A DNA stretch of 62,866 bases, filler included, from Sphacelaria rigidula (Eukaryota): assembly GCA_964200075.2 (NCBI GenBank). It is 6 parts of 6 records of this genome, joined end to end, with 100 filler letters (N's around TTAATTAATTAA, not from the genome) between each part and the next. Parts side by side here need not be neighbours in the genome. Positions count along the whole stretch, not along the records: positions 41,981 to 52,373 come from CAXNAA020006585.1; positions 52,474 to 62,866 come from CAXNAA020006586.1; 4 more parts are not named here. The stretch is one strand, 5' to 3'. A model generated the notes under the pieces. It ran no database searches, was not told the DNA's origin, and worked only from the letters and a program-made list of their open reading frames with translations. This document shows, one piece after another, positions 52,105 through 62,866 of this stretch. The position numbers and the translations under genes were made by a program. The first letter of the stretch is position 1. Each line of letters starts with the position of its first letter.

Positions 52105-52335
52105 GATGCATTTAGACAGTAGCGAAAAAATGATCGCTATACTAGGAGGTAGATGGTGGCCACAGACGGCGAAACGGGACGGAGATGGGAGATGTAAACG
52201 GTTTTGTGTAATGTATGGAAGAAATGTGATGAGCGCTTGAATGTTGGAGACGTCTCTTGGGAGTAGGAACGGTGCTCCGTCTCGAAATGGATGCGTGGTC
52301 AGTGGTCAAACGACTAAGGCAAGCAACAAATGAGT

Positions 52336-52373
<38 letters not shown>
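52105..52373 (+). mobile_element. Non-LTR retrotransposon-like 3' end with a poly-C tail, in a TRIC intron
   Basis: The remnant peptide KMIAILGGRWWPQTAKRDGD is followed by the multi-copy motif GGATGCGTGGTCAGTGGTCAAACGACTAAGGCAAGCAACAAATGAGTAC and poly-C. Confidence 0.55.
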
Positions 52374-52473
52374 NNNNNNNNNNNNNNNNNNNNNNNNNNN
52401 NNNNNNNNNNNNNNNNNTTAATTAATTAANNNNNNNNNNNNNNNNNNNNNNNNNNNNNNNNNNNNNNNNNNNN

Positions 52474-53012
52474 GTTTAATCATTTGCGCATTCAAACCCT
52501 TCCGATCATCCTATAGTTGGGTTCGTTGGAAAGATGAAGCGCCGACGAAGCTAATGCAAAAACAAAAAATGAAAAAAAAGTGAGTTATCCATACTAAAAT
52601 GACGTCAAAATATGCCAATTTTGGCCCATTTTAGGTCCACGTATACCCCAATATTGACCAATTTTGGACGTTTTTACGTCAAACATTCGCGATTAAATGT
52701 TGAAAAAATGTTTGATGGGGCGTGCGTAGGTTAACGCCACGGAGATATCCAAAATCACTGGGGTTTTTTTTTTGCGATCTTCACGTTTTTTTCACATTTT
52801 TTCGCGATTTTTCGTGTTTCCGGATTCCCCATGCTTACTGCGAAAAAGAGCGAAAAATTGCCGTTTATTGGCCGACCTACTTTTTCTCGACCGCGAGACC
52901 GCACGCGTCAAGCACCCACGTTATAGAAAGAGTGTTGTTTTTAGCTCAACAAACGCCAACGAATGCAATAAAAAAAATAATAATCAAATCGGACACCGTT
53001 CAGGGCCCGTAC
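52474..53012 (+). repeat. Unclassified ~550-bp interspersed repeat, second copy at ~55112-55665
   Basis: Shared blocks CCAATTTTGGACGTTTT, GATGGGGCGTGCGTAGGTTAA and GTCAAGCACCC, and the terminus CACCGTT...GGCCCGTA. Confidence 0.75.
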
Positions 53013-55737
53013 TAAGATAGGTTCCCAAACTTATGAGACAGAGAAAGTATATATATATATATATCAAAAAGAACCCCGTCTATTGAACAACAAATGAATT
53101 CATGAGCAGAGAAAGTGGGCCAACGACATCAGAAGAAGTTTTTTTCATACGAGAAATGACTGATGTGATTGGTTAATCGATTGTCGCACATTGACAAACT
53201 TCGGACGATTGATTGCTCGGAAGAAGGAAGAAAGTTGACCGCGAGAAAAAAACTCTACGCAAATTTTGCGCTATTCCACTGCCTGGGGTGGGCATAGGCG
53301 GGGTGCAACCCCGAACACAAAGCCCAGGAATTGATTCGTACGGTACAAATCAATTACATTAAAAAAACAGGTCATTTGCGAACGAATCATTTTTTGTCCA
53401 ACACTTTGCATTGATTGATCCCCAACGGAACCCAGCCGTGAGCGTCTCGAAAAAAAGACGAATAACTCGCTTGGCAAAAATGATCGCGCTCAGGGTAGTT
53501 GAAAAGGGTTGCGGGTATAGTAGTCAGCATCAGAAGTTTTCAGAATCCGTAGTTGTTGTAGTTTTCAAGTTTTTCTCGAGTACTTTTCTTCGTTACTACT
53601 TGAAAGTGCTAGCGCCGGTAGATTTAGGGGTGAAGCGTGGGCCGTGCTCAAACTGCAGTGCCCAAGTTGGTGCTTTTGGTGCGACACGGAATAGATACCC
53701 CGTTTATCAGGAGGGTGTTATTGACCGTTTTTGGTCCAATGAAGGCAGTTTTCCCGCTCTTCCGCAACGAAACGGTGAATATTCAGATAAACGAACACGT
53801 ATAAAATTATTCACAATAACGATCGAGATCGTGTTTCCCTCCTATACTGCACAGACCTCAGTCTAGCATTTTCTGCGGATGACCTCAATTCGAGGTTTTT
53901 TCGTATGACATTTCCCATGAGCACTCGAAAGTGCTAGCGTCGATAGTTTTGGCAAGAAGAGCAGACTGTGCTCAAATCACAATGCCCGAGTTGGTGTTGT
54001 GGGGGCGATACGGAGTAGAGACTCCTTTTATCAGGAGGGTGTTATTGACCGTGAATGGTCCAGGAAAGATGGTTGCCGGCTTTAGCGCAGTGAAGAGGTG
54101 GAACTTGAAAAAAGTCATCATTTGTGTGTCTTCATTTACATGATCGGGATCGCGTCGGTCCACCGAAAATACCAAAAAGCTAGAACCTGGGGGTTACACT
54201 TTCGCAGGACCCCCGAAGATCGGTCATGCTCGGAAGTCACTTAATATTGATCGCAGATACTTTTCTTTCAATATTTGTCAGGAGGATGAAAATATATCCA
54301 GGTGCCCATTTTTTGCCATCCAAAAGTCACTGTGATGAGAGGTGGCAAGCGAAACAAATGTGGAAAGTCTTTGAGAAACTAGGGAATCACGAATTCTGCA
54401 TACTTCTCTGACGCTGACTACTGTATGGGTAGGATAGAGTTTTGCTAAAAGAGTACTGTGGGGTGATTGGATGGGATAGCAGTAGGCTGCAGAGTTTCGC
54501 GATACTGTACTGTATAGTAGTACGGCACATGCATTCAACATAGATGGCTCATCAACAAGCACGCAAATACATCACATGTTCATACATGCTTGGAGCAAGC
54601 ATACTATTCTCCACACGTCGGACAGGTCGCTTCTGCACCTGATCATTACTCATTACTGCACTGATGATCCGGGCAAACTTCGGCTAGGTGTGAGATAATG
54701 TTGCTACTTGGGCTGCAGGCTGTCGCTACTGTGCGCTCGTGTATTGTATACATGGATGTGTGTTAGCGTTGCCGGTATCCGAGGTCATCGGGGGAAAAGG
54801 CGGGCAAGGAGCAGAAGTAAATACACGAACCTCGCAAAGCCTGTCAGATTGTCGGTTTCTGTCAGTGTTTGTTGATTGATTTCCTTCAACATTATCAACA
54901 AGAAAAAACAAACATGACGGTTTTCGAAAAAATGTCCTCCGGGAGGGGGGGGGGGCTCCGTACCCGAACATTTTCTCTGGACGGACCCTTGTGCTGACGC
55001 GTAATTTGTGTTTTGGGGCGATAGGTCTGCGAGTTCTTTTCACTCAGCTTTTCAAAGTAGCTCATGAGAGCTGTCCGACGTCTGCCATTTTTTGCCCACC
55101 TGTGCCATAAGTAAAGCCCGTTATGGGCGTTTCATCGTTTGCGCATTACAACGTTGACGATCATCCGTTGGTCGGATTCGTTAGAGACGTTAAGCGCAAA
55201 CGAAGCTGGTGAAGAGGGAAAGAAAAAGAAAATCGTTTTCATCTCTGAAATTATGTCGAAATATACCCCATTTTGACCCTTGTTGATCCATTTATACCCC
55301 CATCAATGGCCAATTTTGGACGTTTTCATTTTTTACATCGAGTACTAGCAATTACGTGCTAACAAAATGTTGGATGGGGCGTGCGTAGGTTAAAATCACG
55401 GACATGTCCAAAATCATTGACGGTTTTGCGACTTTCACACTTCGTGGCCCATTTTTCGTGATTTTTCGTGTTCCCGGGTCTCTCATGCTTTCCTGAGAAA
55501 ACGAGCGAAAAATGATCGTTTTTGGAGCGACCTCTTCTTCTCGGTCGCGCGGCTGCATGGGTCAAGCACCCCCGTTGGAGAAAAAATGCTGGTTATAGCT
55601 CAAAAAGCGCCTACGAATGCCATGAAAAGATCAAAAATCAAATATCCCACCGTTATAGGCCCGTAAAATCATAACGGACTTTACTTGTGGCACAGAGGAA
55701 GTACATACTGTACTAGACACAGCCGGTCGCCCGTGTG

Positions 55738-56097
55738 CAGCCGGTCGCCCCGGTGGCTCGGTTAATTACCTCAACATCTACTGACGGTTGTGTCGTGAGT
55801 TCAAATCTCGAAGCGATCTGGGATTTTTTCTCACACCATCCCCAACAATGGAGAGCGACTATGCCGTGGATACACGAATTCAAGTCAAAGGTCGACGAGG
55901 GGAAGGGACTGCTGACCTCTCTCGCGATAAAAAATGGAGGCAAGCACCGCAGGAGGAAGGTCGAGTACCAAAAACAAACAAAAAAGAAGAAAACTCCTGT
56001 GTTGACCTTCCTCCTGTGTGACGCCGACTGATGCGTCCACATGTACCAAAGGCGTGGACCGGCGTCCAGAATAGAAGGGACGACAACACACACGCAC
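55738..56097 (+). mobile_element. Full-length tRNA-derived SINE
   Basis: A-box-like TGGCTCGGTTAA (55754), B-box GAGTTCAAATC (55797), a body shared with 41981-42316 and with an inverted fragment at ~50185-50226, and a CA-repeat tail. Confidence 0.8.
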
Positions 56098-57260
56098 GCT
56101 AGTAGCGAGCATCACTCATCTACTATACGGAACGTTTCACAGTGCTGTCGGGTGCCTACAGAATTGCTCGAGCAAGTCCACTTGCCGGCAGGAGGTGCAA
56201 TCAGCGAGTGTACACGTTCGGAGTTGCCGGTATGTGCTCAATCAGTCTTTCTTGTCTCCGCACATCACTTTTGAACCCTTCCGGGCGCCAGGCTCGTTAT
56301 CGGAGCAAAAATAACCCAATGAGCTTATATCATGTCCGGCGAACCCGGAGCTACAGCTGAGCAACTGCTCTATCGGTTCGTGAACACACCATACCGGATG
56401 ACAAAACACGCACATCGTACACATTTTGTTCTCGTTCATCACTGTGACCCTGATTCGGGTAAAATTTGTGAACCGAAACGGTTGCTTCTTCACGTCAGAC
56501 AGTTCCAGCGGTGGACGAAGGTAGGGTTGGTGTGTAACACCTGGCAACGAAGGCGTCGGAACATTTTCCAGGAGTGTGTCGAGACAAAAATCAAGAGAAC
56601 GTTTCAAAAAGCGCCCATAAAATGAATGAATGGATGATGACATGATGCACTTAGACCGTTTTTTCACGGTTGGTCGTGTGTGGGAGAGGTGAGCAATGCT
56701 ACGGTAGGGGTGCACTTTTCCCGCAAAATCTTGTCTGGTTTACAATAGCGGCTCTTGACGATTGTAGACGCACAAGAAATCGGGTCAGGGCATCCCCGCT
56801 TGCAAATTCATTCGGGATGTCCCTAGCACATTGGAATAGTAATCCTGGCGTACTCTCAGATATTTGATAAGTCATGTTTTAGAAGAATTGGAGGCGCCTG
56901 ACAATCCTAACCTCAGAAAATATTTGTGCATCCCTACCGTAGCATCACTCAGGTGTAACTTCCAGTTTTGGGACGTTTGAAATCCACCATTGACCCTTGA
57001 CCCTCAGACAACGAGCGTCGCCTCGCAACAGTTCCACAGGCTGACAGTCCGGAGACATTGGGGGGTTTCCAGTGGCCGGGGGGCGTGGCTTTTGGGGGGG
57101 AGGGGGGGGGGGGGGGGGACTGGGCGCGGCGGGGCGGGAAAGGTGCCAAAGCGCACCCTGGGGGGTGGTAGGTTTCCCGGGGGAAATNNNNNNNNNNCTA
57201 GTCCGTCTGGCGCTTGAGAGTGAGGAGCAGCCTGTGTGCGGGGGGGTGGGTGGTGGTGGT

Positions 57261-57312
<52 letters not shown>

Positions 57313-58859
57313 GACTGTCCGCAGCGGAGCCGAAAAGTTCACAAAGCCAACCATGCGTGTTAGTAGGTTTCCCGCGGAAAATTATGAGCCGTGCACGAGG
57401 CCCGAGAGGCACGGAATGCCCATTCTGACCAATCACGGTCGTTAAAATGAGCACATGTTTCCGGTTCGGGGCGACTACATTGGGCAAATTCTAGGCTTTG
57501 GCTTCCTGTGCGCTTTTTTTTTATGCGCGTTTTCCCGTTTTTCTTCATGTTTTAAAGTGAACATTATGCGCAGATTGATGCGTATTTTGGTAAAGTATGC
57601 ACGACTTATGCGCATTTTTCGCGCCTTTCTCGAGCTGGTTCCTGGTGGGTTCCTGGCGTCACCGCCCATGGGACGTACCTTTCAACAATCAAACAAGACG
57701 GCACGTTACTCGGTAGAAAGGCTGGCTCATTTCTTCTCCGTTCAATGGTTTTGAAGACCATAGTAAAAAAAATCAAAAATGAAAAAATTAAGAATAAAGA
57801 TGAACATCTGCGCTTTTTCTCTCGCCCTCTGCTCCTCAGCGGTCTCCTTCGCGTCGCGCTGTTGGGGCGCGCAAGTCCGCACCTCGGTCACCTCGACCTA
57901 TTTCTGCTCTGCCACAGTAGTGTATAATGCTTATTGCTATACTGTCGGTGCCCTGTGCACTGTGCGCCATACACTGTATAGTTGTGCATTGGACTGCTCG
58001 GTGTGTGACTGTTATGGGCGCGCCCGTCCCCCAAAATGGGCAAAAAGAGTGTCACCGACCAAAATCACGAACAGACACGACTATACCGACTTCTGGGGCT
58101 TATTCAGGCTCGTGGAGTAAGTTGTGTCTCACGTCATCGGAAGAAAACGGCATGGATCCAAAGTTGATATAGAGAAAAATTGGACTGCATCCTGAAATCG
58201 GAACCCTACCGTTTTCTCCGTTGTTGTTCCTCATATATTACATGCCACTGCGTCGCTTTTCGTACGCGCTTGCGATAAACTGAAATGCAAGGAGACTAGT
58301 TGGGTTGATCCAACCCGACGCACAGCGACACCGAGAACCCTCGGGTAAGGGCGGTACATATATTACCTGGACAAAGCTGGACCTTACTAAACCCCAAATC
58401 GGCTGCGACTGTAACGCATACCGATGCAGTACATTCTCGCTCACTTGAAGAAGCATCGTCCGCGGGAAACCTCACCCGCACAAAGATTTCGATAAATCGA
58501 GTGAGTTGTTCCTAGTCAAACGGATACCTCTCCCACAGAGAGATCAGGCAGTCAAAACGCTGCCTACCATAGAACATCTCATCGATATATACCGTCATGA
58601 CAATGGGTGAGCTGAGTGCTTACATCCGGAGTCGAAATCCAGAAAATACCGGGAAACGAAAACGGATGTGACTGTTCGACAGACTGGTCGAGCGTCCTAG
58701 CAAAACGCTTGAGGGTTGAGCAGCAGTCTGGCGTCAAAATTCGGAGATCAATGAGAGCCACCAAAACAAAAAACGTTAGAACAGTGCAGACATGAATGGA
58801 AGAATATCTGAAATGTTAGCGGTGACGGGGGTGCAACTTTCCAAGGAAGATAGCCTCTA

Positions 58860-59730
58860 AGCAATTAGAGTAGTTGCTGACAAGAAGCCAAGAACATGAT
58901 GGTCAACCAAAGAGGTCAATGCTCGCAAGATAAACACCCCACCCACCGCTATGTTACGAACGCGAGGACTTTGTCCTACTCCGGTGTCAACGGAACCGAG
59001 GGCATCCCAGAACCCGGATATATATAGCCCAGGCGCCCGTGGACCGATCAGTGTCCTAGTGCCCAGGCACGTATAAACAGCAGATGCATCCACCACGAAA
59101 GTGCAAGGGCATCTTGTGGAAATATGTCACATGACACGCTTACATGCCACAAAATGTCAAGAAGCAAATACCGTGTCGATGTTTCACCAAAGAGCACAAT
59201 GCTCGCAAGAAAAACATCAGACCCACTGCTTTGATACTTACGCGAGGATTTTGTCCTACTCCGGTGTCGGTGGAACCGAAGGCATCCCAGAACCCGGGCA
59301 CAAATACCTCAGGTGCCCGTGGACCGGTCGATGCCCCAGTGCCGTCATGTGTAACTAACTGATTTAGCCAGCACCAAAGTGCACTAGTATCGCATAAGCA
59401 TCGCGTAAACTTTGCTGTCACACATGACACAGCTACATGACGCAAAATGAAAAGAAGAAAGGCTCATGTTGACGGAGTGTAGCCAAAAGAGCACAAAGCT
59501 CACAGGTTAAAAACATCTTAAACACTGCCTTGTTACTAACCCGAGAACTCAATCCCACGCCGGTGTCAGCGGAAGCGAAGGCATCCCAGAACCCGGACAT
59601 GCCTAGCCCAGGCGCCCGTGGACCGATCATTGTCCCAGTGCCCAGTCATGCATACGAGCAGATGCAACTAGCACCGGAGTGAAAATGCATCTGACGGAAA
59701 CATATCAAATATGACTCAACTACATGACAA
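58860..59730. repeat. Three diverged tandem units of ~280-300 bp
   Basis: The core CCGGTGTC...GGCATCCCAGAACCCGG...GCCCGTGGACCG recurs at ~58981, ~59261 and ~59560. Confidence 0.85.
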
Positions 59731-61371
59731 GAGAAAACCAAAATTCAAGGGTTTGCAATATATGCACTGTTACTGACCCCAGGTATCTGAAATTACGGGG
59801 GTGTTTCCTCAATACCACAGTATAAAGAAGGGCTGCCTTTGCGACTAGCGGCGGCGTGACTCAGTCAATGATTGCCACTCAAAGATACTTTAACGATGAT
59901 ATCATCAACGAAGCTGATGATCGCCTCGTCCCACCGACCACAGGCCTGATGGGCTTGAGGCGCACAAGGAGGGGGGAATTGTGGAAGATACCTCTTTGCA
60001 GTGACATATCAGAGACTGATGTAACACATGTATGAAGAGCCAGCGCAAGCAGGTACAAGGTAGGAACGGTCCAGATGGACCAGATTACCGAGGACCCTGT
60101 AATGCCAACGAAACTAGACAACTCGGGGTGATGCCAGGAAGAGCCTAGTATCAGGACGGTCCAACATCCCCCAAGGAACTGGTCGCCTCTGGCGACCACT
60201 TTTCGTCTGACCCCCTCCCTCCGTGCCTACGAGTCGTACATATACAAGAGGAAATTATCGCCAGCCTCGGAGTTTCTTCGGCATCAAAACGGCAGTTTCC
60301 CCCGTAGGTCTCTGACTACTCTAGCGATACGCCTTCCTCACATACGGTCAGATTGTGGCTTCGACAAATACACGCCGGTGAGTAGCCGAGGCACGCCATG
60401 GTTCGTAGTCCGGGACGACGAAAGGGGGGATATTGTCGAGTGCAATCCCTACTCAAATCACAAGTACTTTGGGGGACTTTACGGCGTGCATCATCAGGGG
60501 ATGAACAGGATCTCTGGTCTTTTCGTGCTTTTGGTCGGCGACACGTTTTGGCTCATGTTGGGAGGTCAGGCGCGCCCGTAACTGTGTGGCGGGAGCCGGT
60601 GGTTGACGTGATAAATGACGCATTCATTTCATCATTTCAACATCAACATCGAGTAGCTCACATACAGCAGCATGACCCACATCAGACCCGCATCGAAGTT
60701 CAAAAACAAAATTACGAATATAAACACCACGACTCCACGAACCACGCCACACGGAGTACCCGTGGGCAGGTACTAGCTGCTGAACATGGGGTGCATGATC
60801 CTGTTGGAGCACTAAATGCGCCAAGGTATGCGTAAAACTTAGCTTTCATGCCCTTGTTATGCTGAAATCCCCCAATACATACAAAGCAAAAGCCTAACTA
60901 ATTCGCCGTGTACCCGCACGACTCACTCTGTTCAAGGGAAATCAAGCAAAGATTACGTGGGTACGAATAGCTTGTTGTGTATTCTGCTCGTGGTCTACCC
61001 CGCCTGCCTGATCCCTCATGTGCTGCCAGCATAGCTTCACACTGTCTGTAGGTTGTTGTTGAGCACTAGGCAGAGGCATCAGCCGCATGCAGTATACTGT
61101 GTTCAGTGGAGAGCGATGGCACACTTACACTGTATCTCACCGTTGTATCCAGTAAAGACATATACAACACACATACATACCGACTCTGCACGCAGTTGAC
61201 TGCAGGTTCAAAACCGGCCAGGGGTTATCCGCGACTGTTTTCTTAGCGAGAAAGAGCAGTCCTGAACATGTGGGTTAGTCCGACTGAATCCACCTGCGGG
61301 GGGTCACCGTCCAAGGGTTAACCAGGGAGTATCGCCACCACATGTCTTCGACTCTTTATATCACCCCCACC

Positions 61372-61668
61372 GCATTCTCAAAACCTCGGAGCCAAGCGAA
61401 TCGGAAAGTAGGGCCAGACTCCTCTCGGGAGAGTGATGCAAAGTGTCCAAGATATATGATGGCGATATTCCTGTTTGAGGGTAAAGGCAAAATGTTGTGG
61501 AAAACAGGTTTTTGGCCCACGGATTGTTCACTTTTGGGACGTTTGACCCACCGTTTGACCCTCAAACCAAGAAAAGCGCCAACACAGGTCTCGGACACTT
61601 TGCATCACCCCAGAGAGGAATCTAGTCTGCTCTTCAGATTCGCTTGGCTCCGAGGTTTCGAGACATGC
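61372..61668. mobile_element. Fold-back MITE (~295 bp) with ~80-bp arms
   Basis: AAACCTCGGAGCCAAGCGAATC...GTGATGCAAAGTGTCC pairs with GGACACTTTGCATCAC...GATTCGCTTGGCTCCGAGGTTT. Confidence 0.8.
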
Positions 61669-62866
61669 CGATGAACAAAAATCCGTGCGCAAAAATCTGT
61701 GCTTGCCGACCCCCGCCAGTTGGTACTGTCTAGATACTCGTAGCGTGTGAGTTTCGCACAGCATGCAGGCGCGATGTGGAAAAGAAGCGGGCAACGCGAC
61801 ATACAGACAGCACAGCTTCCTAACTCTGCATACAGGAGGATGCGAAGCAGATCTATACCACGTGCAATTTTGCACCGCCTCTACTGTCCATATGCGCGTT
61901 GGCAAGTCGATCGCCCACCCCAACACGCAACGACTCCATCGGTGGACCCTGCCACGAAGTTAAATGCCCAAGTCTTCGCCAACAAAAAAGAACACTTCAT
62001 GCTTAGAGAGTAGTGGTGTCGGTTTCCCATCACTGCAGTGTATGGATCTCTGTGCTCAGCTCGTGATGTATGCCGCAGGGTTGAGTATGAGGTAGCTGCG
62101 AATGAACCATTTGGGTTTCGCGTCATTCTGTGAAAGGGTAGTATCTGGCACGGTTGTCTGCAACACAGGAGTTGCGTGCCTCTTCGTTCATTCCGCCGCT
62201 CGTTTTGCTCGAAAAACGGATTTAATAGCTCTAAAAGCAATATCTCATCGACACGGACGAGTTGGGGCATGACGCGCATATTGCATTAATCGTCCAACGA
62301 AGGGAAAGGTGCCCATCTGCAAAACGTTTGGGCCCATATCTTCTCGTTGATTGTACCCCATGTCTAGTATTTCCTACGAGCTTGGCCAGCCTAGAGGCGG
62401 GTCTGAAGTTTGCAGGTGAATGCGCTGGCCAGTATTACTTAGAGTTGAAGCGTGAAATGTGGTATGGACAATGCTTAGGGCAGTCAAAAATATATGAAAG
62501 AAGCACCAGAAGTTTTTTGTTTTCGTGAGTTGGGGGCATTTCACTGATAACAGTACCTGAAAACTGAGTATTGCCCTCAACTACGAAAAAAAAAACTTCT
62601 GGTGCTTCGTCGATATTTTTTTTCATGCACTGTCCGTTGGCCATATCAATTTTTACGCTCCAACTCTAAATGTTTGCCAGGGCATTCGCTTTTCAGAAAC
62701 CGGGTCGGTAGAAATTCGTAACAGTATTTCGCGGGCCACTCAGCGGCCCACGTTTAGTTTTTGTGTACTGAAATTTTGTGTTGGCCCTCGCTAAGAACAG
62801 CCAATCATCTATGTTGAGGATGGTGCTATTGATTGAGGATGAGAACCCGGAGGATTAAAATCTTCG

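Noticed and set aside
55738-55812. tRNA gene
   Set aside because: The A/B boxes belong to a SINE head with a multi-copy body and CA tail; I could not form a complete cloverleaf.
56945-57487. Poly-Pro / poly-Gly ORFs (also 51242-51622)
   Set aside because: They arise from G/C homopolymer runs next to small N gaps, i.e. low-quality or low-complexity sequence.

Overview
This is eukaryotic, repeat-rich DNA, most likely from a brown alga or another photosynthetic stramenopile. The basis is an ASAFAP-type bipartite plastid presequence, small exons in 0.6-3.2 kb GT-AG introns, and abundant transposon relics. The window is not one locus. It is six contigs of 10,396/10,396/10,395/10,393/10,393/10,393 bp joined by artificial 100-bp N44-TTAATTAATTAA-N44 spacers. 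I assembled four spliced genes by hand, none of them complete in the ORF track: a 93-aa plastid-targeted microprotein (5641-7849), the 3' end of a haemolysin-III/PAQR gene (32602-36007), the first exon of a membrane-anchored chalcone-isomerase-fold protein (44023-43452, minus strand), and five exons of a TRIC/TMEM38-family cation channel (44971-51593) lying head-to-head with it. The rest is mostly mobile DNA: a copia-type gag-protease-only LTR element, CACTA/CMC-like non-autonomous elements, several fold-back MITEs, tRNA-derived SINEs, LINE-like 3' ends and mini/microsatellites. I found no prokaryotic-style system (CRISPR, operon). The strongest leads are the plastid microprotein, the CHI-fold/TRIC divergent pair, the stop-riddled but frame-intact LTR element, and an ORF-carrying TIR family. 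All calls come from manual motif reading; no database search was run.
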